From the IMG/VR virus record IMGVR_UViG_3300021960_000027, positions 32,001-96,000 of that record: DNA of 64,000 nucleotides; one strand, given 5' to 3'. The stretch comes from a virus. Numbering within the stretch: position 1 is the first letter of the stretch; each line of letters opens with the position of its first letter. Made by a program: the position numbers and the translations under genes. Below are positions 26,897 to 36,810 of this stretch, piece after piece. The notes under the pieces are model-generated. The model made no database searches, had not been told where the DNA came from, and was given only the letters and a program-made list of their open reading frames with translations.

Positions 26897-27820
26897 ATGT
26901 CAGATTTTGACTTCCGCTCAGGTGCGGTAGCCGCGAAAGAATCATCGGAGAAGAAGTCTCCAAGTGGCTCTGCGAAGACCGAGTATTTCAACCTGAAAGA
27001 TGGTGAAAGCACCATCCTTCGTTTCTTGACCGACGTAGATGAAATCATCACTGTCGATCAGCACACTTTTGTGTCAACTCGCCCTGCTCCATCTGGATAC
27101 ACCGGCAAGTTTCCTCAGGCAATGAATGCCATTTGCCGTCGTGACCCTGCATTCGGTGGAACCTACGCAGATTGTTTTATCTGTGACCACCTTGCAATCG
27201 AAGAAAAGAAGTTCGCGGCAAAGCCCCGTGCATGGGCACTCGCGGCAGTTCGTGAACCAGTTTACGAAAACGGAACTCTCGTTGGTTTGCGCGATGCAGT
27301 GCGTCGTGTTCCAGAAGTTATTGATGGTCGTGAAACAGGTCGGGAGATTGAAGAAAAGGCAGTCGTCATTGTGAACATGGCGTTCCATAACTTCTTCTCC
27401 CATGTCTTTGGGCATGCCAACTCCGCGGCAAACGGTGGAACCTTGCTCAATCGTGACTATGAGATTCGTCGCTCAGGTAGCGGACTGCAAACGTCATACA
27501 CCATTACTGGACTTGACAAGATTACGATGGAAGACGGCAAGATTTATGACTTGCGTGATCCCGACATCATGGCTCGCTACCGTCCATATCCTGACTTGAC
27601 TCAGATTCTTGTTGATCGTTCATCTGATGATTACTATGCACGGTTCTTTGATACCCGTGTGCCTCACCCACAGCAGGGTGCTGGCTCTTCATCTTCATCC
27701 CCCAGTGGTGAGCAAGGAATGCGTTTTGCAGTGAGCGCACCAACCAACGACATGCCTACTATGCCGACGAGTGCATCGGCAGAGGACATCATGTCTCGCG
27801 TAACTGCACGCAATGCTTGA
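26897..27820 (+). CDS. Single-stranded DNA-binding protein (gp32-like)
   Basis: FNLKDGES.ILRFL, H..C..CxxC Zn site, RDYEIRRSGSGLQTSY, low-complexity tail; between primase and polymerase. Confidence 0.7.
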   Translation: MSDFDFRSGAVAAKESSEKKSPSGSAKTEYFNLKDGESTILRFLTDVDEIITVDQHTFVSTRPAPSGYTGKFPQAMNAICRRDPAFGGTYADCFICDHLAIEEKKFAAKPRAWALAAVREPVYENGTLVGLRDAVRRVPEVIDGRETGREIEEKAVVIVNMAFHNFFSHVFGHANSAANGGTLLNRDYEIRRSGSGLQTSYTITGLDKITMEDGKIYDLRDPDIMARYRPYPDLTQILVDRSSDDYYARFFDTRVPHPQQGAGSSSSSPSGEQGMRFAVSAPTNDMPTMPTSASAEDIMSRVTARNA

Positions 27821-27859
27821 TTGAATGAAGGCGGTCATTTAATCAGGCAAAGAACGGTT

Positions 27860-27914
27860 TGCCCAGAGACACAAATCCCCCCCATCGTGTCTCTGGGCAG
27901 ACCAACCAAGGGGG
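27860..27914 (+). promoter_or_regulatory. Hairpin with C7 loop just upstream of dnaE RBS
   Basis: 13-bp perfect stem tgcccagagacac/gtgtctctgggca; loop aaatcccccccatc; GGGGG at 27910-27914. Confidence 0.45.
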
Positions 27915-27918
27915 CGTT

Positions 27919-30900
27919 GTGTATTTTGTAGTTGAGTCATTTTCCGTTGACAGAGTAACCAGTGGTTTACTGTCTGGTGTGCCAGTCCCCTCAGTAATTG
28001 AGGATGCTGATGGTGGCTACAGATGGTTACTTGTACCCGATGGTTTAGTCATTACATCTCATTGGGAAAATGCCTATCGATTGGGTGCGATGGGAGTTTT
28101 GTCTATTTCTGATGGGCAACTTTTCTTTGCAACGACGAATTCTGTTATGCAGTCAAGTGGAGGCTTTTCTTTTTCTGTCCCTTCTTCTGAACTGGTTGCT
28201 GTTGAGTCACTCCCATCTTCTTCCGATTTAGCGTTGTACGAATCTCGCTCTCCGATCATTTCTGAAAGTGGATTTGTTCACCTCCATGCCCATAGCGAAT
28301 TTTCCCCACTAGATGGATTGGCGACAGTTCAAGAAATGGTTGATGAGGCGGTTCGCCACAACCAGTCCGCTATTGCTGTTACCGATCACGGAGTTTGTGC
28401 CGCGCATCCAGAGTTGGCAAAGGTTGCTCGTCGCGCTGGCATCAAGCCGGTGTTTGGAATTGAGGCGAACTTTGTTAACCATCGCAGAGTCAAGGAATCG
28501 GTTGGAGATTATTATCACCTCATTCTTTGGGCGCAAAACGAGCGTGGGCTAAGGAATCTTTGGAGTGCTTCAAGTGAGGCATACAGAGATGGTTTTTACG
28601 GCAGGGCGAGAATGGATTGGGATACTCTTTCTCGCAACAACGATGGGGTTATGTGTTCAACAGCATGCCTGCGTGGTCCGCTTTCTGACATGATTTTGGA
28701 CGGGGATGAAGACGGTGTTCGTGCAAGCCTCTCTCGCCTACAGGCATTGTTCGGGGATCGCCTTTACGTCGAACTTCACACGAATCAGTTGCCACAACAA
28801 AGGGTTGTTAACGAGGCACTGGTGCAGTTGGCGCAGGAGTTTTCTCTTCCCACTATCGCTGTTGCTGACTCTCATTATGCGTGCCAGTCAGACCACAAAG
28901 CCCATAAGGTTTGGATCGCGGCACAGACAAACAAGTCGCTACAAGATGAAGGTGATTTGTTTGCTGGGGATGAGCATTATCACATTTCTTCAGTAGATGA
29001 AATCCGTCAGTCACTGAGTTACTTGCCACAGTCAGTGGTAGATGAATCTATCTTTCAGACATCTGTTGTCGCTGATCTTTGCAACGCTGGGTTAGAGTCT
29101 CGCAAGTCAACTCCTGTCTTTCACCGCAAGGGCGAAGACAGTGGTTCAGATAAAGATGCCAGAGTGCTTCGTCAGATGTGTTTGGACGCTTGGTCAAAAG
29201 TTGCTGATAAGCCGAATCAGGAAGAGTACGTCGAAAGACTGGAAGAAGAACTTGACCTGCTGGTATCAAAAAAATTCTGTGGCTACATCCTTCTTGTTGC
29301 CGACTATTGCCGTTGGTGTAAAGAGAACATGATTCTGATGGGACCGGGGCGTGGTTCTGCCGCGGGTTCCTTGGTTTGCTATCTCACTGGTATTACTGAG
29401 GTTGACCCGATTGATGCGAGGCTTTTGTTTGAGCGGTTTTTGACTCCGGGCAGAACTTCTCTTCCAGACATTGACTCAGACTTTCCAGCATCTAAGAGGG
29501 ATGTAATTACTCAGTACATTGTTGATCGCTGGGGAGAGGATCGTGTTGTACGGGTAGGGACTCATATTCGTCTTGCCAACCGTGGTGTGATGCGCGACCT
29601 TGCCCGTGTACTTAGGGACTCTCTTTCGATTGATTACCGAGATGTTGATGCTGTCTCAAAGATTATTGAAGACGCTGAGTCTGGTACTGCCGGTCTTGGT
29701 TTAAGTTGGGATGAGTTGTGGGGTCAGGTTGGAGATGAGTTGTCTCCATATCAACTTAAGTATCCAGAATGGTTTGAGTACGCAGACAAGTTTGTAGGTC
29801 GATTGAAGTCGTACGGCAAGCACGCGGCTGGGGTTGTAATTGACCCAGAGCGTTCAATTATTGACCGTCTTCCCCTTCGTGGTGGGGAAAGTGAACAACC
29901 AATTACTGAATTTGCGATGGAAGATTTAGAGGAACTTGGGTACGTCAAGTTTGACCTGCTGACTCTTCGTACTCTGGACACAATTCAGGTGTGTTTGGAT
30001 TCAATTCGTGAAGACGAAAAACTTTCGTTAGGTTCACCTAACATTTACGAATGGAACGAAGAATACAACGACCCTCAAGTTTGGGACATGCTGTGTGAGG
30101 GAGAGACGCTTGGCGTTTTTCAAATCGAAACATCTGCTGGCACGAAACTGACAAAGAGGTTCAAGCCACGTTCGATTGATGACCTCTGCGCCATTCTCAC
30201 GTTGGTACGACCCGGACCGATTAGGTCTGGACTAACCGAAACCTACTTGTCTAGGAGAAGTGGCTCTGAACCAGTTCTCTCAATGCACCCACTGTTGGAC
30301 AACGTTTTGGATAAGACGTATCAAACAATGATTTATCAAGAGGACATCATGGCTGTCTGCCGAACTCTTGGTGGTTACACGACCGAAGAGGCAGATGAAG
30401 TACGTTCAATTCTTGGCAAGAAAAAGGTGGACAAGGTCGAATCAGAGGGTCGGCGTTTCATCAGTCGTTGTGTAGAGAATGGCGTTGAGTCAGATATTGC
30501 AATTCGTCTTTGGGATCAAATGCAAGAGTTTGCTCGCTATGCGTTCAACAGATCACACTCATGGTCATACGCTCTTCTTGCTTACTGGACTGCGTGGCTC
30601 AAGTGTCATTATCCAGTTCACTTCAGCGCGGCGGTTTTGTCTACTGTTAAAAAAGAGCGCATTCCACAGTTTGTAGAAATGACTCGCAGAATGGGTTATC
30701 AGGTTCTTCCCCCAGACATCAACGAGTCAAAAGACGGGTTCACAATTAGTGCTGACCGTATGTCGATTAGGTACGGACTTGATTCAGTTAAGAATGTTGG
30801 CTCTTCCGCAATGCAGGCAGTTTTGGTTGGTCAACCTTACGAATCAATGGATGATTTTTTGGAGCGAAAGGGTCGTGCCTGCCACATGGGGCATGTTGAG

Positions 30901-31560
30901 TTGCTTGCCCAACTGGGTGCGTTTGACAAAATCAGCGGAATGCATCGCGCACAATTAGAGCAGTGGCTTAGTGATATTCGCTCTGGTAAATCGAAGGATT
31001 GTGCGTGGAAAGATGAATCAGTTACTGGTGCGCCAAACGATTTGCCATGTACGTTTGACTGGGCAACTGAGGTTCGTATCGGTAAATCTGGTAAGCCATT
31101 GAAGACAAAGCCAGTGCCAAAGCGGTGCGGTAAAACTTGCCGAAATTACACTGAGCGTTCTGATTCAGAAATGCCAGAAAATGTTCCAGTTCATTCTGAT
31201 GCTTTGATTCGTAATCGTGAGATGGACATGCTTGGCGTGTATTTGTCTAGCACTCCGTTTGATGATGTTGATAATGAAGTTAGATCATCCGTTGTTACAG
31301 CCCACCAGTTGGAGTCTCTTCCAACTGGAACCTACATCACTCTCGGAATTGTTACCGCTGTCCGCAAGAGGAACGATAAGGCAAACCGGCAAATGGCTTT
31401 TGTTGATATTTTGACTGAGCAGGGAACGTTGTCTACTGTCACCTTTTCGGGTGAGTGGGCGAGGTATCATGGGGACATTGTTGTTAGCAAAATGATGCTG
31501 GCAAGAGTTAAGACGAACAAGCGTGGAACACAAATTATTGATGTTGCACCAATCATTTGA
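27919..31560 (+). CDS. dnaE: DNA polymerase III alpha subunit
   Basis: FVHLHAHSEFSPLDG PHP, TDHG, GPGRGSAAGS, PDIDSDF, KHAAG, KFDLL, YAFNRSHS, C-terminal OB fold; start uncertain. Confidence 0.95.
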   Translation: MYFVVESFSVDRVTSGLLSGVPVPSVIEDADGGYRWLLVPDGLVITSHWENAYRLGAMGVLSISDGQLFFATTNSVMQSSGGFSFSVPSSELVAVESLPSSSDLALYESRSPIISESGFVHLHAHSEFSPLDGLATVQEMVDEAVRHNQSAIAVTDHGVCAAHPELAKVARRAGIKPVFGIEANFVNHRRVKESVGDYYHLILWAQNERGLRNLWSASSEAYRDGFYGRARMDWDTLSRNNDGVMCSTACLRGPLSDMILDGDEDGVRASLSRLQALFGDRLYVELHTNQLPQQRVVNEALVQLAQEFSLPTIAVADSHYACQSDHKAHKVWIAAQTNKSLQDEGDLFAGDEHYHISSVDEIRQSLSYLPQSVVDESIFQTSVVADLCNAGLESRKSTPVFHRKGEDSGSDKDARVLRQMCLDAWSKVADKPNQEEYVERLEEELDLLVSKKFCGYILLVADYCRWCKENMILMGPGRGSAAGSLVCYLTGITEVDPIDARLLFERFLTPGRTSLPDIDSDFPASKRDVITQYIVDRWGEDRVVRVGTHIRLANRGVMRDLARVLRDSLSIDYRDVDAVSKIIEDAESGTAGLGLSWDELWGQVGDELSPYQLKYPEWFEYADKFVGRLKSYGKHAAGVVIDPERSIIDRLPLRGGESEQPITEFAMEDLEELGYVKFDLLTLRTLDTIQVCLDSIREDEKLSLGSPNIYEWNEEYNDPQVWDMLCEGETLGVFQIETSAGTKLTKRFKPRSIDDLCAILTLVRPGPIRSGLTETYLSRRSGSEPVLSMHPLLDNVLDKTYQTMIYQEDIMAVCRTLGGYTTEEADEVRSILGKKKVDKVESEGRRFISRCVENGVESDIAIRLWDQMQEFARYAFNRSHSWSYALLAYWTAWLKCHYPVHFSAAVLSTVKKERIPQFVEMTRRMGYQVLPPDINESKDGFTISADRMSIRYGLDSVKNVGSSAMQAVLVGQPYESMDDFLERKGRACHMGHVELLAQLGAFDKISGMHRAQLEQWLSDIRSGKSKDCAWKDESVTGAPNDLPCTFDWATEVRIGKSGKPLKTKPVPKRCGKTCRNYTERSDSEMPENVPVHSDALIRNREMDMLGVYLSSTPFDDVDNEVRSSVVTAHQLESLPTGTYITLGIVTAVRKRNDKANRQMAFVDILTEQGTLSTVTFSGEWARYHGDIVVSKMMLARVKTNKRGTQIIDVAPII

Positions 31561-31574
31561 GATAGGAGAACACG

Positions 31575-32687
31575 ATGGCTTCTTCGGCAAAGCAAAAGGC
31601 ACTTGAGGCTTTTATGGCTAAGGCAAGAAAGACGTACGGAGAGGAAACTTTTGTTCTGTCGCCAACGGTGACTGCTTACGATGTCATCCCGACTGGTTCA
31701 ATCACTTTGGATTACCACTTGTCTGTTGGTGGATGGACTGTTGGTCGGTTGCATGAAGTTTGGGGAGCAGAGGGTGTTGGCAAAACAACTTTGTGCTTGC
31801 TTTCTGTTGCAGAGGCTCAGAAGAAGTTCCCTGACAAGATTGTTGCTTGGATTGATGTCGAATACCGACTTGATAAGGCATGGGCGGTAAGTCACGGAGT
31901 TGATTTGGAACGCCTTCTGCATGTTCAACCAAAGGATGCAGAGGATGTCGCAGACCAAGTTAAAGACCTTTGCCGTTCTGAACTTGTTTCACTTATCGTT
32001 GTCGACTCCATTGGGGCGATGATTCCCGAGCGAGAAAAAGAGAAGGACGCTGGAGACGCTGTTGTTGGTCGGCAGGCTCAGATTGTTACCCGAATGGTAA
32101 AGATCGCGGCAGGCGTTGCCTCCGAAACGCAGACAACAATCATCTTTATCAATCAGGTTCGTGCGAATGTTGGGGGGTATGGTTCACCCACTACAACAGG
32201 TGGAGGGCATGCGCTCAAGCACTGCACAACAACCAAGTTGATGGTTAAGCGTCAGGGTGGTATGTCGCCAATGAGCGCAAAAATTGAGGGTGAAGATCGA
32301 ATTGTTGGTCATCATATTGCAGTCGACATCCAGCGCAACTCAGTTGCTCCAGCCTACCGAGTAGCAACCTTTCCTCTCATTCATGTTGCTACCGACAAGT
32401 TCGGTCCAGTTGGGGTTGATGATGCTGATGAAGCGACAACAATCGGGTTAAAGACTGGAATTATTCAGCAGGCAGGTGCTTGGTACACCAACACTATTAG
32501 CGGTGAGCGCGTGCAGGGTAGGGAGTCTGTAGTTGAGTCTTTGCGTAACGACCGAGATTTGATTAAGGCTGTACGCAAGCGTGCATTAGCCCTTGTTGCT
32601 GGAGAGGTAGAGGTCTTCGATGACTATCAATCTCAACTTGATGAGTTAGAAGATGATGACGAAGGGGAAGTCATTGAGTCTGATTAA
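31575..32687 (+). CDS. recA: RecA recombinase
   Basis: IPTGSITLD, GAEGVGKTT, IDVE, VVDSIGAM, FINQVR, TTGGHALKH, GAWY. Confidence 0.95.
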   Translation: MASSAKQKALEAFMAKARKTYGEETFVLSPTVTAYDVIPTGSITLDYHLSVGGWTVGRLHEVWGAEGVGKTTLCLLSVAEAQKKFPDKIVAWIDVEYRLDKAWAVSHGVDLERLLHVQPKDAEDVADQVKDLCRSELVSLIVVDSIGAMIPEREKEKDAGDAVVGRQAQIVTRMVKIAAGVASETQTTIIFINQVRANVGGYGSPTTTGGGHALKHCTTTKLMVKRQGGMSPMSAKIEGEDRIVGHHIAVDIQRNSVAPAYRVATFPLIHVATDKFGPVGVDDADEATTIGLKTGIIQQAGAWYTNTISGERVQGRESVVESLRNDRDLIKAVRKRALALVAGEVEVFDDYQSQLDELEDDDEGEVIESD

Positions 32688-33030
32688 GAAGTTGTCTGAC
32701 AAGCATGAGTCATTTGTTGCCGACTTGATTGGTGCGAGAAAGAGCCGTGCTTCTGGAAGTCAATGGAATGACCAGACGGATGGTCGGCAGAACAGGTATG
32801 AAAGCGAGTTTGCCTTTGCGTTCGATTGCAAGTGCGCTCTCCCTCAAACAAAATCTGTTTCTGTAACCAGAGAGATGTGGCAAAAACTGGAAGACCAATC
32901 ACACGGTGAGAGGTCGATGCTTCCCATTCGTTTTTACCAAACTGACAGGGGAGACGTTTGGCGTGATTTGGTTGTTCTAAACTTAAATGATTTTGTCGAA
33001 CTGATGGAAAGGGCAAATGAGAATGGCTAA
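32674..33030 (+). CDS. PD-(D/E)XK Holliday-junction resolvase-like nuclease
   Basis: HE..VA..IG..ASGS..D..DCK pattern; follows recA. Confidence 0.55.
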   Translation: MSLIKKLSDKHESFVADLIGARKSRASGSQWNDQTDGRQNRYESEFAFAFDCKCALPQTKSVSVTREMWQKLEDQSHGERSMLPIRFYQTDRGDVWRDLVVLNLNDFVELMERANENG

Positions 33031-33772
33031 GTCACCGCACTCTCCTATCTTTAGAAAAGCACTGGAGTCAATTTCTCAGGGTGGGATTCTCGCTCCATCT
33101 ATTCGTTCATATTTGACTGAGCCAAAGTTTGATGGGTTTGACATCAAGATTCGTGGAATGAACAAGCGTAAGCACGACAACTACTTCCACCCCTCAACGC
33201 ACCCCATTTGGTCAGAGCGAGCCTTGTACCTTTATCTGACTGTGCCAGAAGCACTGGGTAACGGGATTGACAATCCAATGTCTATTTTCTCCATGACGGC
33301 AGGAACTATATGGCATGAAATTATCGGACATATTCTTAAGGACGAATTGGGTCTGTTGTCTGAACTTGAGATTCCCGTTCAGTGTTCAGAAACACTGAGT
33401 CGCGGAAGCATGGATGGGATCGTCGCTGGGCGAGACGAGATATTTGAGTTCAAAACTGCAAGAGATACGGTCGTGAACCGCATCAAGAGTGTGGATGATT
33501 ACATCAACAATCACTGGAACTACTACCTTCAGGCTCAGGAGTACATGCGTATGTCGGGCTACAAGAAGGAGCGAGTTTTGGTGATGGGAAGCACGTTCCC
33601 ATTTGACATGAGGGAATTTGTGATTGATTTTGATCCCAAAACGTCTGCCTCAGTTAAAGAAAAATATTTACGAGTTCGTGAAGCGGTCGCATCTGGAAAG
33701 AATGCTCCCCAGTGCGATGGTTGTTCGTATGTGACTTACGGATGCCCAGCCAAGTTATTGTGTGAGAATTAG
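33017..33772 (+). CDS. Cas4/RecB-like PD-(D/E)XK exonuclease
   Basis: FHPS, GTIWHE, GSMDGI..EFKT, QAQEYM, C-terminal CxxC..C. Confidence 0.75.
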   Translation: MRMAKSPHSPIFRKALESISQGGILAPSIRSYLTEPKFDGFDIKIRGMNKRKHDNYFHPSTHPIWSERALYLYLTVPEALGNGIDNPMSIFSMTAGTIWHEIIGHILKDELGLLSELEIPVQCSETLSRGSMDGIVAGRDEIFEFKTARDTVVNRIKSVDDYINNHWNYYLQAQEYMRMSGYKKERVLVMGSTFPFDMREFVIDFDPKTSASVKEKYLRVREAVASGKNAPQCDGCSYVTYGCPAKLLCEN

Positions 33773-34353
33773 TGAAACTCCCCACTTTTTCTCCTGCGAT
33801 CACCGTCCTCTCGGTAGACCAATCTTTGGTTAATTCTGGATGGGTTCTACTTCGTGTTGGTCAAGAAATTTCTGTTCTTGACTTTGGAACAATCCACACC
33901 AGACCACAATCTGGATTGAGTGGTTTTGCAGATTCGTTTGAGCGTGGCGACCATCTGTTCGGTGCGTTTAGGGCACTCTTGATGATTACAGAGCCAGACA
34001 TTATTCTTCACGAAATGCCAGCAATTATGAATCGCGTTTCAACACGAAACAGGGAGGCGGGGACTGTTTCTGCAATGGCACTGAGGTGCGCCATTTCGTC
34101 TTTGGGCTTGCGTGGGCGAGTCAGAATGATTCAGGCACAGCATGCCAAGAAGGTTGTTACAGGTGATGTTAAGGCAGACAAAAAGAAGGTTAAGGAATCG
34201 GTTTCTGCGTTGGGGTGGTTTGGGGATTCAACATTCAACGAGCATGTTTCTGACGCGACTGCGCTTGCCCTAACCGCTATGATCGATGGTGTTCTTGACG
34301 AAGTTCTTAAGACGGTTGATAAGGGTTTGCCACCTGTAGGGGAGGTCAAGTAA
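33772..34353 (+). CDS. ruvC: RuvC-like Holliday junction resolvase
   Basis: LSVDQSLVNSGW, HEMP, AKKVVTG..KADKKKV, EHVSDA.ALA. Confidence 0.8.
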   Translation: MKLPTFSPAITVLSVDQSLVNSGWVLLRVGQEISVLDFGTIHTRPQSGLSGFADSFERGDHLFGAFRALLMITEPDIILHEMPAIMNRVSTRNREAGTVSAMALRCAISSLGLRGRVRMIQAQHAKKVVTGDVKADKKKVKESVSALGWFGDSTFNEHVSDATALALTAMIDGVLDEVLKTVDKGLPPVGEVK

Positions 34354-35033
34354 TGGTTCAGCGTTTGAAAACTAGGGCAAGTGGTGCGCTTGGTTCTATT
34401 GTTGAGGCCAAGGTTGAGGTAGAAAACATGGACGAAGATATCGACATCAAAGTTGATGTAGAAAAGAACGAGCGAACACCGAAGTTTTCTCGGATGAGGC
34501 TTGACTGGGATTCCCGCGATAGGTCGGTTATTTCTAGCACTCGTTCGGTTGTTGATCGCAGGATGGCGAGCGAGTTCTCCGATGCGTTCCTTTTGATGGC
34601 TGAGATTTATGACATCATTCGGGAGCCGGTAATTGGAGACGATGGTTTGCCAGTTCGTGATGCAAGCGGATTTGTTGTTTGGGCGCAGAATGAATCGGGT
34701 GGTTTTGTGGAGGATTTTAGTCGTCTTACTCACCACCAGCGTCGTCACTACATTGGCATCATCACGACGCGCCTCTTTGGTTGGGAGCAGTCATGTGCCG
34801 ATTTGTGGGCTGAGTCTATGTTTGCAAAGGCTCAATTTGAGGAACGTTTTGCAATCGCATTTGACGAACCTATGAGCGGAACGGTAGATGATCGTCGCGC
34901 GGCAGGCAATCGTGACGCGGCAGAAGAACGCTACTACGCGATTATGCTCACTCATCTTTCTCGTAGGGCAGATGCTCTTGTTCGTTCAATGGACAGATTG
35001 AGCCAGAGGTTAAAGGACTTGGTGGTCGAATGA
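34353..35033 (+). CDS. Hypothetical helical protein
   Basis: TAATG coupling; GGAGG RBS. Confidence 0.7.
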   Translation: MVQRLKTRASGALGSIVEAKVEVENMDEDIDIKVDVEKNERTPKFSRMRLDWDSRDRSVISSTRSVVDRRMASEFSDAFLLMAEIYDIIREPVIGDDGLPVRDASGFVVWAQNESGGFVEDFSRLTHHQRRHYIGIITTRLFGWEQSCADLWAESMFAKAQFEERFAIAFDEPMSGTVDDRRAAGNRDAAEERYYAIMLTHLSRRADALVRSMDRLSQRLKDLVVE

Positions 35034-35269
35034 AAATTAAGCCTGTTTTGGGATACGAAGAGTGGGTTAATATCGGTCAGAAGAATGGCTGGATTGGGGC
35101 ATGCGTTTGCTCTACCCATGATGGCATCCCTTCGTCAGAAGAAGAAGATTCTTCTTTTGAGAATGGTGACGATGTGTGCATGTGGATTTTCCGTCGCTAT
35201 GACAACCAAGGTCATGGCAAGAAGGTGGAAGAAAATCATTCACCCTCTGTGTGGAGGAAAAACACCTAA
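35030..35269 (+). CDS. Hypothetical Cys/His protein
   Basis: ATGA overlap; CSTHDGIP..DDVC. Confidence 0.6.
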   Translation: MKIKPVLGYEEWVNIGQKNGWIGACVCSTHDGIPSSEEEDSSFENGDDVCMWIFRRYDNQGHGKKVEENHSPSVWRKNT

Positions 35270-35372
35270 ATCGACCGTGAGAGTTTGGGTATTTTTAAAA
35301 AAATTTTGATGTTTATGCAACACGCCGAATAAAGTTGCTCTATTCTTTCCTTGTGCAGTACAAGGAGACGGT

Positions 35373-35729
35373 GTGTCGGGTTATCAACCAGTAGAACTAG
35401 ACGTAGACCTATTGCGCTCCTTGTTCAGAAATCTTTCTGCGTTCCGTTCCATATACGAATCAGAAGGGGTAGACGTTATTCAGTCCCCCAACGGTGACGA
35501 GTGGTGCTTGTGGGACGTTGAATACTTGTACCAAGTTGCCATAGAAAGATTGCCCTTGAGACAGTCACAGGCAATACAACTATTTCTATTTGACAACCTA
35601 AGAGAATCTGATGTTGCAGGAATGATGGGTCTAAAGCCATCAAACCCCATAGGCATGTATGCCACCTCTGGACTAGAGCGTCTTCTAACTTGGATAAATA
35701 ACGACGAATTAGAAAACTTTACGTTGTAG
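35373..35729 (+). CDS. Sigma-factor region-4-like HTH protein
   Basis: LPLRQSQAIQL..LRESDVAGMMGL..GLERL; AAGGAG RBS. Confidence 0.6.
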   Translation: MSGYQPVELDVDLLRSLFRNLSAFRSIYESEGVDVIQSPNGDEWCLWDVEYLYQVAIERLPLRQSQAIQLFLFDNLRESDVAGMMGLKPSNPIGMYATSGLERLLTWINNDELENFTL

Positions 35730-35739
35730 GGAGGCATTC

Positions 35740-36090
35740 ATGGCAAGGATGAGGTTTGGGGTTCACAAGGCACTTGAGGAAGAGGCGAATGCAATTATTG
35801 CAGAATCTCTTAAAGGTGTAACTTCTCACGCGGCAAAGTCCGACATTCTAACTCCTTGGAAAGAGCAGGAGCGGAGAAGGCGAGAGGTTTATGTAAAGGG
35901 TGGTTCGCCCGATCCTGCCATCCGAAAAGGAATGTTTAAAAAAGCGGCTAATCGAACTCACCCACAGTTGAATTCACGCGAGGGAATTGCGCCACCATTG
36001 CAGGGCGCACCTTCTTCTCTCTCTGCTTGGGTTTCAGAAAACGGATGGTCAGGACCGGATGCTCCACCGGGAGAAGATTTAGGTGACTGA
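35740..36090 (+). CDS. Hypothetical protein
   Basis: GGAGG RBS; 116 aa. Confidence 0.65.
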   Translation: MARMRFGVHKALEEEANAIIAESLKGVTSHAAKSDILTPWKEQERRRREVYVKGGSPDPAIRKGMFKKAANRTHPQLNSREGIAPPLQGAPSSLSAWVSENGWSGPDAPPGEDLGD

Positions 36091-36736
36091 ATACTCAGAT
36101 ATTGATTATTCATTTTCTACTTCTCCATCTCCCATTGAAGTTTCTCTTGGTGGCAGAAAATACGCTTTTACATCCCACAAGAAATGCAAGGTTTGTAACT
36201 GCGATTTGCGGTTTGAGATTGATGAAAAGTTGTTGCTCGGTCGTTCGTACCGTTCGATACTTCGTTCTCTTCCAGAGGATTACCAAGAGGATGGCTCTTC
36301 GGTAATAACGATTGACAACTTAAAAAACCATGCCAAGAATCATCTGCCCTCAGATGTTGCGGTAAGTCGGGCGATAATTGAACAGCATGCTGAGGATGTT
36401 GGTCGTGCGATTGATTCTGCCGAAGGAACATTGGTTGATGCATACTCCGTAGCCAATGAAGTTATGAGACTTGGCTTTGAGCGGATTGTTATGGGGGAAA
36501 TAAAGGTTGGCCTTGACCACACTCTTGTAGCCGCAAAAATGGTTTCTGACATGGAAGACAAGGCCGGTCAAGGAGTTGACACCGCCGCGTTTGGTCAAAT
36601 GGTGGTTTTGCTCCTTCAGCATGTTAGAAATATCATGTCGCAAGAGCAGTTTCAACTACTTTCATCTTCTTTTAAAAACGACCCGCTGTTTGCCTCATTG
36701 GAGGCACAAACTGCCCCCAAGGAAATATCTTCTTAG
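36083..36736 (+). CDS. Hypothetical CxxC/HTH protein (possible small terminase-like)
   Basis: CKVC..SYRSI..NH..NH followed by helical region; near terminase. Confidence 0.5.
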   Translation: MTEYSDIDYSFSTSPSPIEVSLGGRKYAFTSHKKCKVCNCDLRFEIDEKLLLGRSYRSILRSLPEDYQEDGSSVITIDNLKNHAKNHLPSDVAVSRAIIEQHAEDVGRAIDSAEGTLVDAYSVANEVMRLGFERIVMGEIKVGLDHTLVAAKMVSDMEDKAGQGVDTAAFGQMVVLLLQHVRNIMSQEQFQLLSSSFKNDPLFASLEAQTAPKEISS

Positions 36737-36745
36737 TTCTATGAG

Positions 36746-36774
36746 TTGACAGTTGATGTTAGGGGCGATAAATT
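36746..36774 (+). promoter_or_regulatory. SigA-type promoter
   Basis: TTGACA-N17-TAAATT upstream of AAGGAGG RBS. Confidence 0.65.
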
Positions 36775-36810
36775 TGCTCAACCAGCCAAACAGTTTTCAA
36801 GGAGGAAATT

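Noticed and set aside
33017-33772. Cas4-like gene as evidence of a CRISPR-Cas system
   Set aside because: No array or other cas genes; solo Cas4-like nucleases are routine in phage recombination modules
34131-34748. 205-aa minus-strand ORF and the many other short antisense or alternate-frame ORFs in the track
   Set aside because: They lie within well-supported, translationally coupled + strand genes and have no motifs or RBS
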